Shown here one piece after another: positions 52,705-62,507 of a DNA stretch of 64,000 bases. Position 1 is the first letter of the stretch; every line of letters begins with the position of its first letter. The position numbers were made by a program, and so were the translations under genes. The DNA is taken from positions 1,014 to 65,013 of the forward strand of contig JBBRCU010000013.1 of the NCBI GenBank assembly GCA_038204565.1. Direction: 5' to 3'. The notes below the pieces were generated by a model. The model saw only the letters and a list, made by a program, of their open reading frames with translations. It had not been told where the DNA came from and did no database searches. Origin of the DNA: Candidatus Limnocylindrales bacterium. GTDB lineage: Bacteria; Chloroflexota; Limnocylindria; Limnocylindrales; CSP1-4.

Positions 52705-55701
52705 ATGCGATTCCTTTCCCGTTTCGTCGACTCGAACGACCGCGAGATCCGACGCGTCCAGCCCCTCATCGACGAGATCAACGAGCTCGAGGTCGAGATC
52801 TCGGCCCTGTCCGATGAGGCCATCCGCGAGCGCTTCGGCCTCATCCGCGAGGAGATCCACGCGGCCGCGGTCCCTGGTGAGCCGACCGACGAGGAGCTCA
52901 CCCACCCCGATCTGGAGCGGCGCCGCGAGCTGACCAAGGATCGCCTCAAGCGCGAGCAGGCGGCCCTTCAGGTCGCCCTCGACGAGGTCCTCCCCGACGT
53001 ATTCGCGATGGCCCGCGAAGCGATGCGACGGACCCTCGGAATGCGCCACTTCGACGTCCAGCTGATGGGCGGCATCGTCCTCCACCAGGGGAAGATCGCG
53101 GAGATGAAGACGGGCGAGGGCAAGACCTTCGTCCCGACCCTCGCCGCGGCGCTCAACTCCCTGACCGGGCGCGGTGTCCACGTCGTCACCCCGAACGACT
53201 ACCTCGCCCGGCGCGATCCACAGTGGATGGGCCCGGTCTTCCATTTCCTGGGGATCAGCCTCGGGATGATCACCCACGACGAGTCGTTCCTCTTCGAGCC
53301 CGGCTATCCGACATCCGATGAGCGCCTGATCGACCTCCGCCCGGTCAATCGGCGCGATGCGTACGCAGCAGACGTCACCTACGGCACGAACAACGAGTTC
53401 GGGTTCGACTACCTCCGCGACAACATGGTCACGGACCTCGCCGACCGGGTCCAGCGCGAGCGCTCCTACGGGATTGTCGACGAAGTCGACAACATCCTCA
53501 TCGACGAGGCCCGGACGCCGCTGATCATCAGCGGTCAGGCCGAGGAGTCCGGCGACCTGTACTACACGTTCGCCCGGCTCGTCCCGAAGCTGACCGGCCG
53601 GCCCGAGGGCGAGGAGGAGGGCGGCGACTACTTCGTCGACCTCAAGGACAAGGCGGTCTCGCCGACCGAGGAGGGGATCGACAAGATCGAGAAGCTCGTC
53701 GGCGTCGAGAACCTGTACGACGCCGACCCGCGGCTCGCCCGCCACTTCGAGCAGGCGCTGCGGGCCCACGCGCTCTACCGGCGCGACCGTGACTACATCG
53801 TCAAGGACGGCGAGATCGTCATCGTCGACGAGTTCACCGGGCGCCAGATGCCCGGCCGGCGCTGGTCGGAGGGTCTCCACCAGGCAGTCGAGGCCAAAGA
53901 AGGGGTCAAGGTCCAGCGCGAGAGCGTGACGATGGCCACGATCACGTTCCAGAACTACTTCCGCCTCTATGACAAGCTCGCGGGCATGACCGGCACGGCG
54001 ATGACCGAGGCCGAGGAGTTCCACAAGATCTACGAGCTCGAGGTCGTGGCGATCCCGACCCATCGAGACATGGTCCGCGACGACGAGGCGGACCTCGTTT
54101 TCCGGAATGAGCTCGGCAAGTTCAACGCCCTGATCGACGAGGTCGCGGAGATGAACGAGGCCGGCCGCCCGGTTCTCGTCGGCACCGTCAGCGTCGAGAA
54201 GTCCGAGATCCTCTCGACGATGCTCAAGCGGCGGGGGATCAAGCACGAGACCCTCAACGCCAAGTTCCACGAGAAGGAATCCGGGATCGTCGCCCAGGCC
54301 GGCCGGACGGGCGCGATCACGATCGCGACGAACATGGCCGGCCGCGGCACGGACATCCTGCTCGGGGGCAACCCGGCCGGGCTCGCCTCGGACATCCTCC
54401 ACCAGCGCGGCCTGAACCCGGCCGAGGTCGACAAGGCCACCTACGCCGGAGCCCTGGCCGAGGCGAAGGCGATCACCGACGTCGAACACGAGAAGGTCGT
54501 CGGCGTCGGCGGACTCCACATCATCGGCACCGAGCGCCACGACAGCCGCCGGATCGACAACCAGCTCCGCGGCCGGGCCGGTCGTCAGGGCGACCCCGGA
54601 TCGTCCCGTTTCTACCTGTCCCTCGAGGACGACCTGATGAAGCGGTTCGCCTCGGACCGCGTCGCCGGGCTGATGGAGCGAATGGGCCTCGAGGACGACG
54701 TCGCGATCGAGAGCCGGCTCGTGAGCAAGACGATCGAGAGCGCCCAGAGCCGGGTCGAGGGATTCAACTTCGACATGCGCAAGCGCGTCGTCGAGTTCGA
54801 CGACGTGATCAACCGCCAGCGCGAGACGATCTATGCCGAGCGCGACAAGGTTCTCCGCAACGAGGACCTCGGCGAGACCGTCCGGACGTTCCTCGACGAG
54901 GACATCCGGACGCTCGTCGCGGACCACCTGTCGGGCGACGCCGCCGACGACTGGGGGATGGAGGCGCTCGTCGCCGCGCTCAAGGCGATGGGCCTCGACG
55001 GCCCGGGGACAACCGAGGACGAGCTCTGGGAGGTCGGGAGCCGGGATGAGATCCTCGAACACCTCCTCGAGCTCGCCGATACCCGCCTCGAGGCGCGCGC
55101 CGCGGAGATCGGGGACTCGGACTGGAGCCTCGTCGAGCGCCACGTCCTCCTCCGGACGATCGACTCCCTGTGGGTCGAGCACCTGACCGAGATCGACGAC
55201 ATGCGCCGCGGCATCGGCCTCCGCGGCTACGCCCAGCAGGATCCCCTCAACGAGTTCCGGCGCGAAGCCTTCGAGCTCTATGGCGAGCTCCGCGGCCTGA
55301 TCCGCCACCAGGTCGCCTCGACCATCTTCCGGGTGACGGTCACCCGGACCCCGCCACCCGGCGAGTCCGAGCTCGACCAGAGCCTCGCGGCGGGCGCGCG
55401 GGCTCTTGCCGCAGCCGGCGCCGGCGTCCGGTCGGCGGGGACGACATCGACGAGCGGCTCGGCCTCGACCTCAGCCGGCGGGGGCGCGCCCGCCGGTCCC
55501 CGGCCGGTCGGCCCCGTCGTGGCCGGCGGACTTCCGCCCGATCCCATGGCGTCCGCCCGGATGGAGTCGAGCGGCAACGGACGAAGCGTGCCAGCCGGCC
55601 AGGCGAAGCCGGGATTCACCCCGACCGGGGCCCGGATCGGCCGCAACGATCCGTGCTGGTGCGGCTCGGGCCAGAAGTACAAGAAGTGTCACGGGCGCTG
55701 A
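52705..55701 (+). CDS. secA: Preprotein translocase ATPase SecA
   Basis: DEAD-motor motifs (MKTGEGKT, VDEVDNILIDEARTPLIISG, TNMAGRGTDI) and C-terminal zinc motif CWCGSGQKYKKCHG. Confidence 0.97.
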   Translation: MRFLSRFVDSNDREIRRVQPLIDEINELEVEISALSDEAIRERFGLIREEIHAAAVPGEPTDEELTHPDLERRRELTKDRLKREQAALQVALDEVLPDVFAMAREAMRRTLGMRHFDVQLMGGIVLHQGKIAEMKTGEGKTFVPTLAAALNSLTGRGVHVVTPNDYLARRDPQWMGPVFHFLGISLGMITHDESFLFEPGYPTSDERLIDLRPVNRRDAYAADVTYGTNNEFGFDYLRDNMVTDLADRVQRERSYGIVDEVDNILIDEARTPLIISGQAEESGDLYYTFARLVPKLTGRPEGEEEGGDYFVDLKDKAVSPTEEGIDKIEKLVGVENLYDADPRLARHFEQALRAHALYRRDRDYIVKDGEIVIVDEFTGRQMPGRRWSEGLHQAVEAKEGVKVQRESVTMATITFQNYFRLYDKLAGMTGTAMTEAEEFHKIYELEVVAIPTHRDMVRDDEADLVFRNELGKFNALIDEVAEMNEAGRPVLVGTVSVEKSEILSTMLKRRGIKHETLNAKFHEKESGIVAQAGRTGAITIATNMAGRGTDILLGGNPAGLASDILHQRGLNPAEVDKATYAGALAEAKAITDVEHEKVVGVGGLHIIGTERHDSRRIDNQLRGRAGRQGDPGSSRFYLSLEDDLMKRFASDRVAGLMERMGLEDDVAIESRLVSKTIESAQSRVEGFNFDMRKRVVEFDDVINRQRETIYAERDKVLRNEDLGETVRTFLDEDIRTLVADHLSGDAADDWGMEALVAALKAMGLDGPGTTEDELWEVGSRDEILEHLLELADTRLEARAAEIGDSDWSLVERHVLLRTIDSLWVEHLTEIDDMRRGIGLRGYAQQDPLNEFRREAFELYGELRGLIRHQVASTIFRVTVTRTPPPGESELDQSLAAGARALAAAGAGVRSAGTTSTSGSASTSAGGGAPAGPRPVGPVVAGGLPPDPMASARMESSGNGRSVPAGQAKPGFTPTGARIGRNDPCWCGSGQKYKKCHGR

Positions 55702-55747
55702 CCGTCCGGCCTGACGCCGATCGCGCCGCCGACCCGTTGCGCCGGGC

Positions 55748-56347
55748 GTGATCCACCAGCTCGTCCGGCTGTGCCTGGCCGCGATCGTCCTCGGCGCGAT
55801 GTGCGCGGGTTGGACGACCTATCGCATCTGGGACGTCGGCTTCCGCGATGACCAGCGTCCCGCAGACGCGATCGTCGTGCTCGGGGCGGCGCAGTACAAC
55901 GGGCGTCTGTCGGCGGTCCTGAAGTCGCGGATCGACCACGCGATCGACCTCTACCATGCCGGCCTCGCGCCTTTTCTCGTGATGACCGGCGGCAAGGGCG
56001 GCCCGACCGACGTCACGACGGAGGCCGAGGCCGGTCGAGCCTACGCGCTGCAGCACGGCGTGCCGGAGGCGGCGATCCTGATGGAGAACCAGGGCCGGAC
56101 GACCCTCGAGTCGCTCCGCGCCGTCGCCGCCCTGTTCCGCGATCGGGGACTCGGGACCGCGGTCTTCGTCTCCGACCGGAGCCACATGCTGCGGGTGCTC
56201 CGGATCGCCCGGGACGAGGACATCGCCGCATATGGCTCGCCGACAACGACCAGCCCCAGCGATTCGACTCTCGATGACCGGTTCCGGGCGACCGTCCACG
56301 AGCTCGGCGGGCTCAGCCTCTACTTCGTGACCGGCAATACCCTCTGA
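55748..56347 (+). CDS. YdcF/DUF218 family protein (ElyC/SanA-like)
   Basis: IVVLGAAQYNGRLSAVLKSRIDHAIDLYHAGLAPFLVMTGGKG...VFVSDRSHMLR is typical of DUF218. Confidence 0.8.
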   Translation: MIHQLVRLCLAAIVLGAMCAGWTTYRIWDVGFRDDQRPADAIVVLGAAQYNGRLSAVLKSRIDHAIDLYHAGLAPFLVMTGGKGGPTDVTTEAEAGRAYALQHGVPEAAILMENQGRTTLESLRAVAALFRDRGLGTAVFVSDRSHMLRVLRIARDEDIAAYGSPTTTSPSDSTLDDRFRATVHELGGLSLYFVTGNTL

Positions 56348-56441
56348 CCGCGGCCGCGAGCCGCCCACGGGCTGGATCAAGGCGTCTCGGAGGGGCGCCA
56401 GAGACGATCGGACCGAATCGCGAAACTTCCGATCTGCCCTC

Positions 56442-56470
56442 TTGGCCGGGGCGGATCGAGGGCCTATACT
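56442..56470 (+). promoter_or_regulatory. Candidate sigma-70-type promoter TTGGCC-N17-TATACT
   Basis: -35 at 56442-56447, exact 17-nt spacer, -10 at 56465-56470, in the 216-bp gap before the Cys-rich ORF/prfB. Confidence 0.35.
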
Positions 56471-56563
56471 CCGGCGCAACCCGCGGGTCCGGAGGAGGAG
56501 AGTCCCGGATCGTGCGGCGCACCGCGCCCCCAACCCCTGCCCCAGTTCAGAGAGAGGGACGAG

Positions 56564-56788
56564 TTGAAGCAGGCCGAGGAAGCGTCATTCGTCGATCTCA
56601 TTGCTTGTGAGCGTGACTGCCGGTCGTGCAGTTACGGGACCGCCCTCGACTGTGACGGCAACTGCGGCGTCTGCCCCCACAACAGCTACTGTCCCTGTGT
56701 GAACCCCGTCGTCGCCCGGAGCAAGTCGGCCCTGCGTCTGATCGAGCTCCGTCCGATCCTGCTCCAGGATCTCCAGGCCCGCAACTGA
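56564..56788 (+). CDS. Hypothetical cysteine-rich small protein (74 aa, 8 Cys)
   Basis: TTG start preceded by GAGAGAGGGA. GC3 about 81% (manual count). Two CX3CX2C motifs (CERDCRSC, CDGNCGVCP) plus CPC. Its TGA stop (56786-56788) is immediately followed by the prfB GTG start. No family recognised. Confidence 0.4.
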   Translation: MKQAEEASFVDLIACERDCRSCSYGTALDCDGNCGVCPHNSYCPCVNPVVARSKSALRLIELRPILLQDLQARN

Positions 56789-57917
56789 GTGGACGGTTCC
56801 ACGGTTCGCGACCTGGCCGAGCGGATTCGGTCGACCTCGGGGCATCTTTGACCTCGAGGCAAAAGAACGTCGCGTCTCGCAACTCGAGGCGCTGACCAGC
56901 GAGCCCGGCTTCTGGGACGACCAGCGGTCCGCCCAGAAGGTCCTCAAGGAAGCAAACGGCTTGCGCGCCGACAGCGACCTCTGGCGGGCGTTCGAGGGCC
57001 GCGTCGACGACCTCCTCACCACGCTCGAGCTCGTCGACGAGTCGGGCGACCCGGAGCTGACCGCGGAGCTCGATCGCGAGGTCGCTTCGCTCGACGCGGA
57101 CTTCGGGCGGGAGCGGACCGCCCTTCTGTTCTCCGGTGAATACGACCAGGGCGGGGCGATCCTCTCGATCAGCGCCGGCGCCGGCGGGACCGAGGCGACG
57201 GACTGGGCGGAGATGCTCCTTCGGATGTATCTCCGCTGGGCCGAGCGTCATCGCTTCAAGACCGAGATCGTCGACCAGCAGGAAGGCGAGCAGGCCGGGA
57301 TCAAGAGCGCGACCGTCGAGATCGACGGGCGGGCCGCCTACGGCTGGATGCGGGCCGAGCGCGGCGTCCACCGCCTCGTCCGGATCAGCCCATTCGACTC
57401 CCAGAAGCGGCGCCAGACGACGTTCGCCCTCGTCGAGGTGCTGCCCGAGGCGGACGACGACATCGAGATCGAGCTCAACTGGGATGAGATCCGGGTCGAC
57501 ACGTTCCGATCCCAGGGGGCTGGCGGGCAGCACGTCAACAAGACCGACTCGGCCGTTCGCCTGACGCACCTGCCGACGAACATCGTCGCCCAGAGCCAGA
57601 ACGAGCGGAGCCAGACCCAGAACAAGGAGATGGCGATCCGGGTCCTGAAGGCCCGCCTCCTCGAGCGCGCCCTCGAGGAACAGGAGGCCGAGGTCCGCAA
57701 GCTCAAGGGTGAACACGTCGAGGCCGGCTGGGGCAACCAGATCCGGAGCTACGTCCTCCATCCCTACCAGATGGTCAAGGACCTCCGGACCGGCCACGAG
57801 ACCGGCAACACGCAGGCGGTCCTCGACGGCGACCTCGACGGGTTCATGCAGGCAGAGCTCGAGCGGCTCGCCACCGGCGCCGGCCGGGCAGCCGTCAGCG
57901 ACGACGACGAAGGTTGA
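56789..57917 (+). CDS. prfB: Peptide chain release factor 2, requires +1 programmed ribosomal frameshift: join(56789..56848,56850..57917)
   Basis: Frame 0 reads VDGSTVRDLAERIRSTSGHL then in-frame TGA. The +1 frame continues DLEAKERRVSQLEALTSEPGFWDDQRSAQKV... through GGQ (SQGAGGQHVNKTDSAVRLTH) and SPF-type RF2 features. ORF 56961..57917 is in the same frame as 56850. Confidence 0.92.
56838..56852 (+). promoter_or_regulatory. RF2 autoregulatory +1 frameshift site (internal SD-like GGGG, then CTT TGA C)
   Basis: Sequence CGGGGCATCTTTGAC compares with E. coli AGGGGGTATCTTTGAC. The slippery CUU codon, UGA stop and following C are all conserved. Confidence 0.9.
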
Positions 57918-57919
57918 CG

Positions 57920-58912
57920 ATGGGCGCCTCGGGCGGCGTCGACATCATCGCGCCGACCGGCCACCGGATCCGGCCCGCGACTGCTGACGAGCTACTGACG
58001 TGCGCCGCGGTGTGGCGCGAATCCCTGAATGACTACCTCGGTCGGCTCGGCCAGCCGGACATCCCGGACGATCTGGGTGCAATCCTCCGGCTGTACGGAC
58101 ATCTCCACGCGACGGACCCGACAACGTTCCTGGTCGCGGAGGCGGCGGACGGCGCCACCCGGGCCGGCCCTGGCACGATCGATGCATTCACGGTCGTCGC
58201 CCAGCGCGACGACCTGTGGTACCTGTCCATGCTCTTCGTCCGGCCGGCGGCCCAGGGGCGCGGGCTCGGACGAGCGCTCCTCGCGGCCGCCGCACCGGAT
58301 CCCGCTCGGGCCGGCGTTCACCGGGCGACCGCCACGGACACGGCCCAGCCGATCTCGAACGGGCTCTACGGGTCGCTCGGGATGGTGCCGCGCGTCCCGC
58401 TGCTTCGCCTCATCGGGCTGCCGACCCACGACGAGGCGCTGCCGCCGTTGCCGGCCGGCGTCGAGGCCATCCCCTTCGCCGAGATCGGCGCGGCTGCGGA
58501 CGATCTGGGCCACTCGGCGCTGGCTGCGGAGCTCGATGCGGTCGATCGCGATGCCGCCGGCTTCAGCCGGACCCTCGACCATCGGTTCCACGTCGCCGAA
58601 GGGCGGATCGGCTTCCTGTATCGCGACGGTGAGGGTCGGGTTGTCGGCTACGGCTACAGCTCCGAAGCGGGGCGGGTTGGTCCCGCGGCCGTCCTGGACG
58701 CAGCGCTTCTCGGCCCGGTGGTCGGCCACCTGGTGCGAGCGGTCCGGCCGCGTGGCGCCTTCGGGCTGTGGGTCCCGGGAACGGCCGACGAAACCATGGT
58801 GGCGCTCATCCGGGCGGGCTTTCGAGTGGATGGATTCCCGGTCCTGCTGTGCTGGGATCGTCCGTTCGCGGACCTCTCGCGCTACGTGCCGATGTCGCCG
58901 GGTCTGCTCTGA
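57920..58912 (+). CDS. GNAT family N-acetyltransferase (two-domain, about 330 aa)
   Basis: Acetyl-CoA motif LFVRPAAQGRGLGRALL. ATG 57920 has GAAGG 6 nt upstream. The TTG at 57914 overlapping the prfB stop is an alternative. Confidence 0.7.
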   Translation: MGASGGVDIIAPTGHRIRPATADELLTCAAVWRESLNDYLGRLGQPDIPDDLGAILRLYGHLHATDPTTFLVAEAADGATRAGPGTIDAFTVVAQRDDLWYLSMLFVRPAAQGRGLGRALLAAAAPDPARAGVHRATATDTAQPISNGLYGSLGMVPRVPLLRLIGLPTHDEALPPLPAGVEAIPFAEIGAAADDLGHSALAAELDAVDRDAAGFSRTLDHRFHVAEGRIGFLYRDGEGRVVGYGYSSEAGRVGPAAVLDAALLGPVVGHLVRAVRPRGAFGLWVPGTADETMVALIRAGFRVDGFPVLLCWDRPFADLSRYVPMSPGLL

Positions 58913-59060
58913 GCGGCCCGGCCACGGCTCAGTGCGCGACGCCACCTGCCCAAGGTGGTAGCCTCGGGTTCGATGTGGCTCCCCCTGATGTGCCCCCCGA
59001 CGGAGTCTCGCTGACCGGCAGCGCCGCCGGGCGGCCGACCACCAGACCGCGGAGCCGATC

Positions 59061-59840
59061 GTGACCGTCGCCCCGATCCCGACCGCCGGGCCGCGCTCGA
59101 TGCGCGAGCGGATCCTGCGCCGCGGCCGGGAGCGAGCCGCGGTCGATCGGACCGTCCTCATCCTGCACGACGTCACGAAGACCTATCCGAACGGCAAGAC
59201 CGCCCTCCGCGATGTCGATCTCGTCATTCCGGAGGGTGACTTCGTGTTCCTCGTCGGGCCGAGCGGCGCCGGCAAATCGACGATCATCAAGCTCCTGATC
59301 CGCGACGAGATCGCGACCCAGGGCCAGGTGGTCCTCGACGGCCATGACCTCGCCAGGCTGCCCCGGCGGGCGGTGCCCAAGGTCCGGCGCAAGATCGGGA
59401 TCGTGTTCCAGGACTTCAAATTGTTGCCGACGAAGAATGTCTGGGAGAACGTGGCGTTCGCGCTCGAGGTCACCGGCACCCCGCGGCGGAAGATCCGGCC
59501 GGCCGTCGACCGCGTTCTCGCCCTGGTCGGCCTGACGGCCCAGCGCAGCCAGCTGCCGAGCCAGCTGTCGGGCGGCGAGCAGCAGCGGACGGCGATCGCC
59601 CGGGCCCTCGTCCACGATCCGCGCCTGATCATCGCCGACGAGCCGACCGGCAACCTCGATCCGCTCATCAGCTGGGAGATCATCCAGCTGCTCCTCCGGA
59701 TCAACGAGCTCGGGGTCACCGTCCTGATGGCGACCCATGACGCCGACGTCGTGACCGCGCTCCGCAAGCGCGTCATCGCCCTCGAGGAGGGCCGGATCAT
59801 CCGGGACGAGGTCGGCGGGGCGTATCACCGTGCGGACTGA
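59061..59840 (+). CDS. ftsE: Cell division ATP-binding protein FtsE
   Basis: Walker [10 protein letters not shown], signature LSGGEQQR, Walker [15 protein letters not shown] start with GGAG 6 nt upstream gives a roughly 30-aa N-terminal extension. Confidence 0.92.
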   Translation: MTVAPIPTAGPRSMRERILRRGRERAAVDRTVLILHDVTKTYPNGKTALRDVDLVIPEGDFVFLVGPSGAGKSTIIKLLIRDEIATQGQVVLDGHDLARLPRRAVPKVRRKIGIVFQDFKLLPTKNVWENVAFALEVTGTPRRKIRPAVDRVLALVGLTAQRSQLPSQLSGGEQQRTAIARALVHDPRLIIADEPTGNLDPLISWEIIQLLLRINELGVTVLMATHDADVVTALRKRVIALEEGRIIRDEVGGAYHRAD

Positions 59841-59885
59841 GCGGGCGATGACCGACCGCCGGGCCGCCACCGCCAGGCCCAGCCG

Positions 59886-60776
59886 ATGATCGGATTCGTC
59901 GTCTTCAGCCTCCGCCGTGCCTGGCAGGGCTTCTGGCGGAACGCCCTGATGTCCCTCGCGGCGACGGCAACGATGGTCCTGATGCTCCTGCTCCTGGCGG
60001 GCTTCTGGATCATCCAGGCGGGGCTCCTGTCGGCGCTCGACTTCACCGAGTCGAAGGTCGAGGTCCAGGTGAACCTGAAGGTCGACGCGACGCCGGCCCA
60101 GGTCAGCGCCCTCGGCGTGACGATCAGCGGGCTGCCGGGGGTCGCCGGAGCCACCCTTGTCACCCGTGAAGAGGCGCTCGCTCGGTTCCAGAAGAGCATG
60201 AAGGACCAGGGTCGCGAGGACCTCTCGAAGTACCTCGACTCGAACCCGTTCCCGCCGAGTTACGAGATCAAGCTGACCGATCCGAGCTTCGCCGGAACCG
60301 TAGCGGACGCCCTCCAGCCCAACGAGAACTCGGCAGTCCGGAACGTCCTCGACACGAAGGACACGGCAAAGAACGTGAAGACCGTGACCGACATCATGCG
60401 ATCGGCCGGAAGCGTGATCCTCGTCGTCATCGGGATCATCGTCCTGTTCATCATCGTCAACACGATCCGGCTGGCCGTGGTCGCCCGTCATGAGGAGATC
60501 GAGATCATGCGGCTCGTCGGCGCGTCCGACGCGTTCATCCGCTGGCCGTTCGTGTTCGAGGGCGCGATGGTCGGGTTGCTCGGCTCGGCGATCACCCTCA
60601 TCGGGCTCTATCTGCTCTCGGATCCGATCGGCGGCTTCATGGTCGAGTTCTTCCGGGTCCTGCCGCTCAGCTTCGGATCCCTGGCGCGAGACCTCATCGT
60701 GATCGTGACTTCGGCCGGGCTGGGCCTCGGCGTGCTCGGATCGTGGCTGTCGGTGCGGACGTACCTGATCCGTTGA
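59886..60776 (+). CDS. ftsX: Cell division permease-like protein FtsX
   Basis: Four-TM FtsX fold with an extracellular domain after TM1; EIEIMRLVGASDAFIRWPF motif. Confidence 0.9.
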   Translation: MIGFVVFSLRRAWQGFWRNALMSLAATATMVLMLLLLAGFWIIQAGLLSALDFTESKVEVQVNLKVDATPAQVSALGVTISGLPGVAGATLVTREEALARFQKSMKDQGREDLSKYLDSNPFPPSYEIKLTDPSFAGTVADALQPNENSAVRNVLDTKDTAKNVKTVTDIMRSAGSVILVVIGIIVLFIIVNTIRLAVVARHEEIEIMRLVGASDAFIRWPFVFEGAMVGLLGSAITLIGLYLLSDPIGGFMVEFFRVLPLSFGSLARDLIVIVTSAGLGLGVLGSWLSVRTYLIR

Positions 60777-60908
60777 CGGTGCGCCACAGTTTGCGTGAAG
60801 TTCCGTTCATCGATCATCCGGATGGCCGACCGCGAACGTAGCATCGTTCAGCTGCGGGTGTAGGCTGTCGCCTCGCTCGCCCACGCACAGCGGAGAACCA
60901 CGTCCCCG

Positions 60909-62279
60909 ATGCTCCCTCCCGACGCTTCCCCGAACGAGCCGGCCCGCTCCGCCGGCCTGCTGCCTGCCGCGGAGCCGATGACCGGCGACGCGACCCTCGC
61001 CGTCCCGTTGCAGCCGGTCCTCCCACCGCGTCCCACCGCCCGTTTCGGGTCCGGGATCCGCGGCTCGATCCTCGCGCTGGCGATGGTCGTCGTGGCGGTC
61101 CTCGCCGGCGGCGCCCTGTTCGCGTCGGGCTACCTCGTCGGCCAGCGCAGCGCCGACCAACCCGGTACGCCGGTCGCCTCGGAGCAGGCCTTCCAGCCGT
61201 TCTGGGACAGCTACGACACGATCATGAAGCGGTTCGCCCTCGGCGGCCAGACCCAGCAGAGCCTCGTCGACGGAGCGATCAAGGGGATGGTCGACTCACT
61301 CGGCGACCCGTACTCCGCCTACCTCACCCCCGACCAGTACAGCCAGGGCCTCCAGGGCCTGTCCGGCCAGTTCGAAGGGATCGGGGCCGAGATCGGGACC
61401 AGGGATTCGAAGGGCGCCACGTCGCAGTGCACGACCCTTGGCCCGGACTGCCTGCTCATCGTCGTCACCCCGATCGAGGGGTCGCCGTCGGAGAAGGCCG
61501 GCGTCAAGGCCGGCGACACGATCGTCGCCGTCGACGGCGCCAAGCTCGACGGGCTCTCGGTCGACGATGCGCGCAACAAGATCCGCGGCAAGAAGGGCAC
61601 CGAGGTCGTCCTCTCGATCGTCCGTGGTACCGCGGCCTCGATCGACATCACCGTGGTCCGCGACATCATCGTCAGCAAGGAGGTCATCGCCAAGGACCTC
61701 GGCGGTGGCAAGGTCGGATATATCGCGGTGACCGGCTTCTCGGATAACTCTCAGGCGAAGTTCCACGACGCTCTCCAGACGGACCTGAAAGCCGGCAAGA
61801 AGCTGTTCATCCTCGATCTCCGGGGCGATCCGGGCGGCTACGTCACGGCTGCTCGCTCGATCGCCAGCGAGTTCATCAAGGACGGTCCGATCTTCTGGGA
61901 GCAGGACGCCGACGGGACACAGACCGAGACCGACGCAACCGGTCAGGGGATCGCGACGGACCCGTCGATCAAGCTCGTCGTGCTCGTCGACAAGGGCTCG
62001 GCGTCGGCCAGCGAGATCGTCGCCGGCGCTCTCCAGGATCGAAAGCGGGCGACGATCGTCGGCGAGACGTCGTTCGGCAAGGGCACGGTCCAGCAGTGGA
62101 TCCAGCTTCAGAACAACTCCGCCCTGAAGCTGACGATCGCGAAGTGGCTGACGCCCGACAAGCATTGGATCCACCACGTCGGGATCGTCCCGGACGTGCC
62201 GGTGACCACCCCGGCCGACGCGAGCCCAACCAACGACCCGGTCCTCGACAAGGCCGTCGAGCTCCTGACGAAGGCGTAA
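60909..62279 (+). CDS. ctpA: S41 family C-terminal processing peptidase (Ctp/Prc-like) with PDZ domain
   Basis: N-terminal TM, PDZ (GSPSEKAGVKAGDTIVAVDG), LDLRGDPGGY, catalytic GSASASEIVAGALQD...FGKGTVQ. Confidence 0.9.
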   Translation: MLPPDASPNEPARSAGLLPAAEPMTGDATLAVPLQPVLPPRPTARFGSGIRGSILALAMVVVAVLAGGALFASGYLVGQRSADQPGTPVASEQAFQPFWDSYDTIMKRFALGGQTQQSLVDGAIKGMVDSLGDPYSAYLTPDQYSQGLQGLSGQFEGIGAEIGTRDSKGATSQCTTLGPDCLLIVVTPIEGSPSEKAGVKAGDTIVAVDGAKLDGLSVDDARNKIRGKKGTEVVLSIVRGTAASIDITVVRDIIVSKEVIAKDLGGGKVGYIAVTGFSDNSQAKFHDALQTDLKAGKKLFILDLRGDPGGYVTAARSIASEFIKDGPIFWEQDADGTQTETDATGQGIATDPSIKLVVLVDKGSASASEIVAGALQDRKRATIVGETSFGKGTVQQWIQLQNNSALKLTIAKWLTPDKHWIHHVGIVPDVPVTTPADASPTNDPVLDKAVELLTKA

Positions 62280-62343
62280 GTCCCGTTGCGGACCCGAGCG
62301 TCCGCCGTGATCGCCCGCCATGGTCCGGACCGGAATTGCGTGG

Positions 62344-62372
62344 TTGCACGTCCAACTGCGTTCCTGTACGGT
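62344..62372 (+). promoter_or_regulatory. Candidate promoter TTGCAC-N17-TACGGT
   Basis: -35 at 62344-62349, 17-nt spacer, -10 (TAnnnT) at 62367-62372, in the ctpA-smpB gap. Confidence 0.3.
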
Positions 62373-62400
62373 TTCCGGGAACGAAAGGAGGTGATGTGCA

Positions 62401-62451
62401 GTGATCGACAGTCTGCGTAGCTGCACCACCTCGCAGGAGATGGCCGTCTAG
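62401..62451 (+). other. 16-codon mini-ORF (MIDSLRSCTTSQEMAV) behind a consensus Shine-Dalgarno sequence; possible leader peptide or part of a small RNA
   Basis: AAAGGAGGTGA (62384-62394) lies 9 nt before the GTG at 62401; TAG stop at 62449-62451. An alternative 8-codon ORF from ATG 62394 has too short an SD spacing. Confidence 0.2.
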
Positions 62452-62480
62452 TCGGTCACCCCTGTGGGTGGGAACGCTAA

Positions 62481-62507
62481 GGAAGCCGGCCTTCGGGCCG
62501 GCTTTCC
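62481..62507 (+). terminator. Strong hairpin with UUCG tetraloop followed by TTTCC (terminator or attenuator upstream of smpB)
   Basis: GGAAGCCGGCC-TTCG-GGCCGGCTTTCC: 9 Watson-Crick pairs plus extensions. About 85 nt upstream of the smpB start. Confidence 0.45.
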
